A model generated the notes under the pieces. That model did not search any database. It saw only the letters and a list, made by a program, of their open reading frames with translations, and was not told the DNA's origin. A stretch of 15,780 bases of DNA from Oligoflexus sp. (GTDB lineage Bacteria > Bdellovibrionota_B > Oligoflexia > Oligoflexales > Oligoflexaceae): the NCBI GenBank assembly GCA_041736305.1, contig JBGSTX010000249.1, positions 1 to 15,780 on the forward strand, written 5' to 3'. Below are positions 14,999 to 15,780 of this stretch, in pieces. The position numbers and the translations under genes were made by a program. Each line of letters opens with the position of its first letter. The first letter of the stretch is position 1.

Positions 14999-15780
14999 TC
15001 AGCTAGGAGACGGTGGAGATTCGCAATCGGCGCCTGTATCCGACGAAGGATCGAGGGCTGCTAGACGACTTTCAAGCTTGCGTATGCGCCGCTCATAGTC
15101 CTTGAGACGCCTGAGATGAGCCACCGCACGTCCCCATTCTTTCTGGGGAACTGCAGGAAAGCCCACGTAAGTTCCCGGTTCTGTCAGAGGCGTGACAACC
15201 GCGGTCTTAGCGCCTATCCGCACCTGATCGGTCACATGCATATGGTCGGCAATTCCACTCTGTCCCCCCATCAGGACCCACTTGCCAACTTTCGTCGACC
15301 CAGCTACCCCTGCCTGGGCAGAGAACATACAGTTATCGCCAATTTCAACATTGTGGCCTATTTGAACGTGATTATCAAACTTGCAGTGATCACCGATCAG
15401 TGTTTCGCCATGCGTGGCTCTATCCACGGTACAGGCGACACCGAGCTCGACGTCATTGCCTAGCCTGACTATTCCAACCTGTGGGATTTTGCAGATTTCA
15501 CCGCCGCTGACAGCAAAGCCAAAACCATCGGCGCCCACTACCGCACCTGCATGAAGGAGACAGCCCTTGCCGATGATGCAGCTATGATAGATGACAACGT
15601 GGGGATGCAAAACGCAGTCGTCGCCTATTTCAGAGTCAGCGCCGATAACCACACCCGGATAGAGAACGACCCGATCGCCGATTTTTGCCCTGGCAGCGAT
15701 GTGTACTCCGGGATGAATCGTAAGTTCTTGGCCAAGAACTGCGGTCCTATCAATGAAAGCCTGCGAACTGATGCCACGGG
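14999..15780 (-). CDS. lpxD: UDP-3-O-(3-hydroxyacyl)glucosamine N-acyltransferase LpxD (5' end outside the window)
   Basis: Frame stays open to the window edge ([27 protein letters not shown]...); hexapeptide repeats, [30 protein letters not shown] (catalytic His), GIADH, YVGFPA and C-terminal helix. Confidence 0.93.
   Translation of the reverse strand, partial: RGISSQAFIDRTAVLGQELTIHPGVHIAARAKIGDRVVLYPGVVIGADSEIGDDCVLHPHVVIYHSCIIGKGCLLHAGAVVGADGFGFAVSGGEICKIPQVGIVRLGNDVELGVACTVDRATHGETLIGDHCKFDNHVQIGHNVEIGDNCMFSAQAGVAGSTKVGKWVLMGGQSGIADHMHVTDQVRIGAKTAVVTPLTEPGTYVGFPAVPQKEWGRAVAHLRRLKDYERRIRKLESRLAALDPSSDTGADCESPPSPS

Noticed and set aside
12387-15463. Short alternative-frame or antisense ORFs over the S8, dinB, SDR and lpxD genes
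   Set aside because: They overlap motif-rich genes and have no independent support.
15723-15740. Perfect 18-bp palindrome AGTTCTTGGCCAAGAACT
   Set aside because: Single copy inside lpxD coding sequence; roughly 0.06 expected by chance in a window this size, and nothing else supports a function.
1-15780. CRISPR arrays, IS/transposases, integrases, tRNA/rRNA, anti-phage defence genes
   Set aside because: No repeat-spacer periodicity or diagnostic motifs seen; almost all sequence is explained by the listed CDSs.

Overview
Gene-dense bacterial chromosomal segment with 12 supported CDSs and no recognisable rRNA, tRNA, CRISPR array or mobile element. Gene content and style suggest a diderm of the Bdellovibrionota/Myxococcota type (inference only). 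Left to right: (1) a ~1041-aa fusion of a DUF318/ArsP-like Cys-motif permease to a 7-repeat FG-GAP/CRTAC1-type propeller and an ASPIC/UnbV domain, with a Cys-pair insert; (2) a minus-strand five-gene operon: LolD-like ABC ATPase, two LolC/E(FtsX)-like permeases (one greatly enlarged), a LolA-like periplasmic protein and a putative outer-membrane beta-barrel; (3) divergently, a secreted START-domain protein and an S8 subtilase with both an N-terminal lipobox and a C-terminal Cys/TM/basic sorting tail; (4) a minus-strand run lpxD (partial), DUF3817, SDR oxidoreductase, dinB. The best candidates for undescribed biology are the permease-propeller fusion and the non-canonical Lol-like envelope-spanning transport operon beside a START lipid carrier. 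All family calls come from motif recognition by eye, not database searches.
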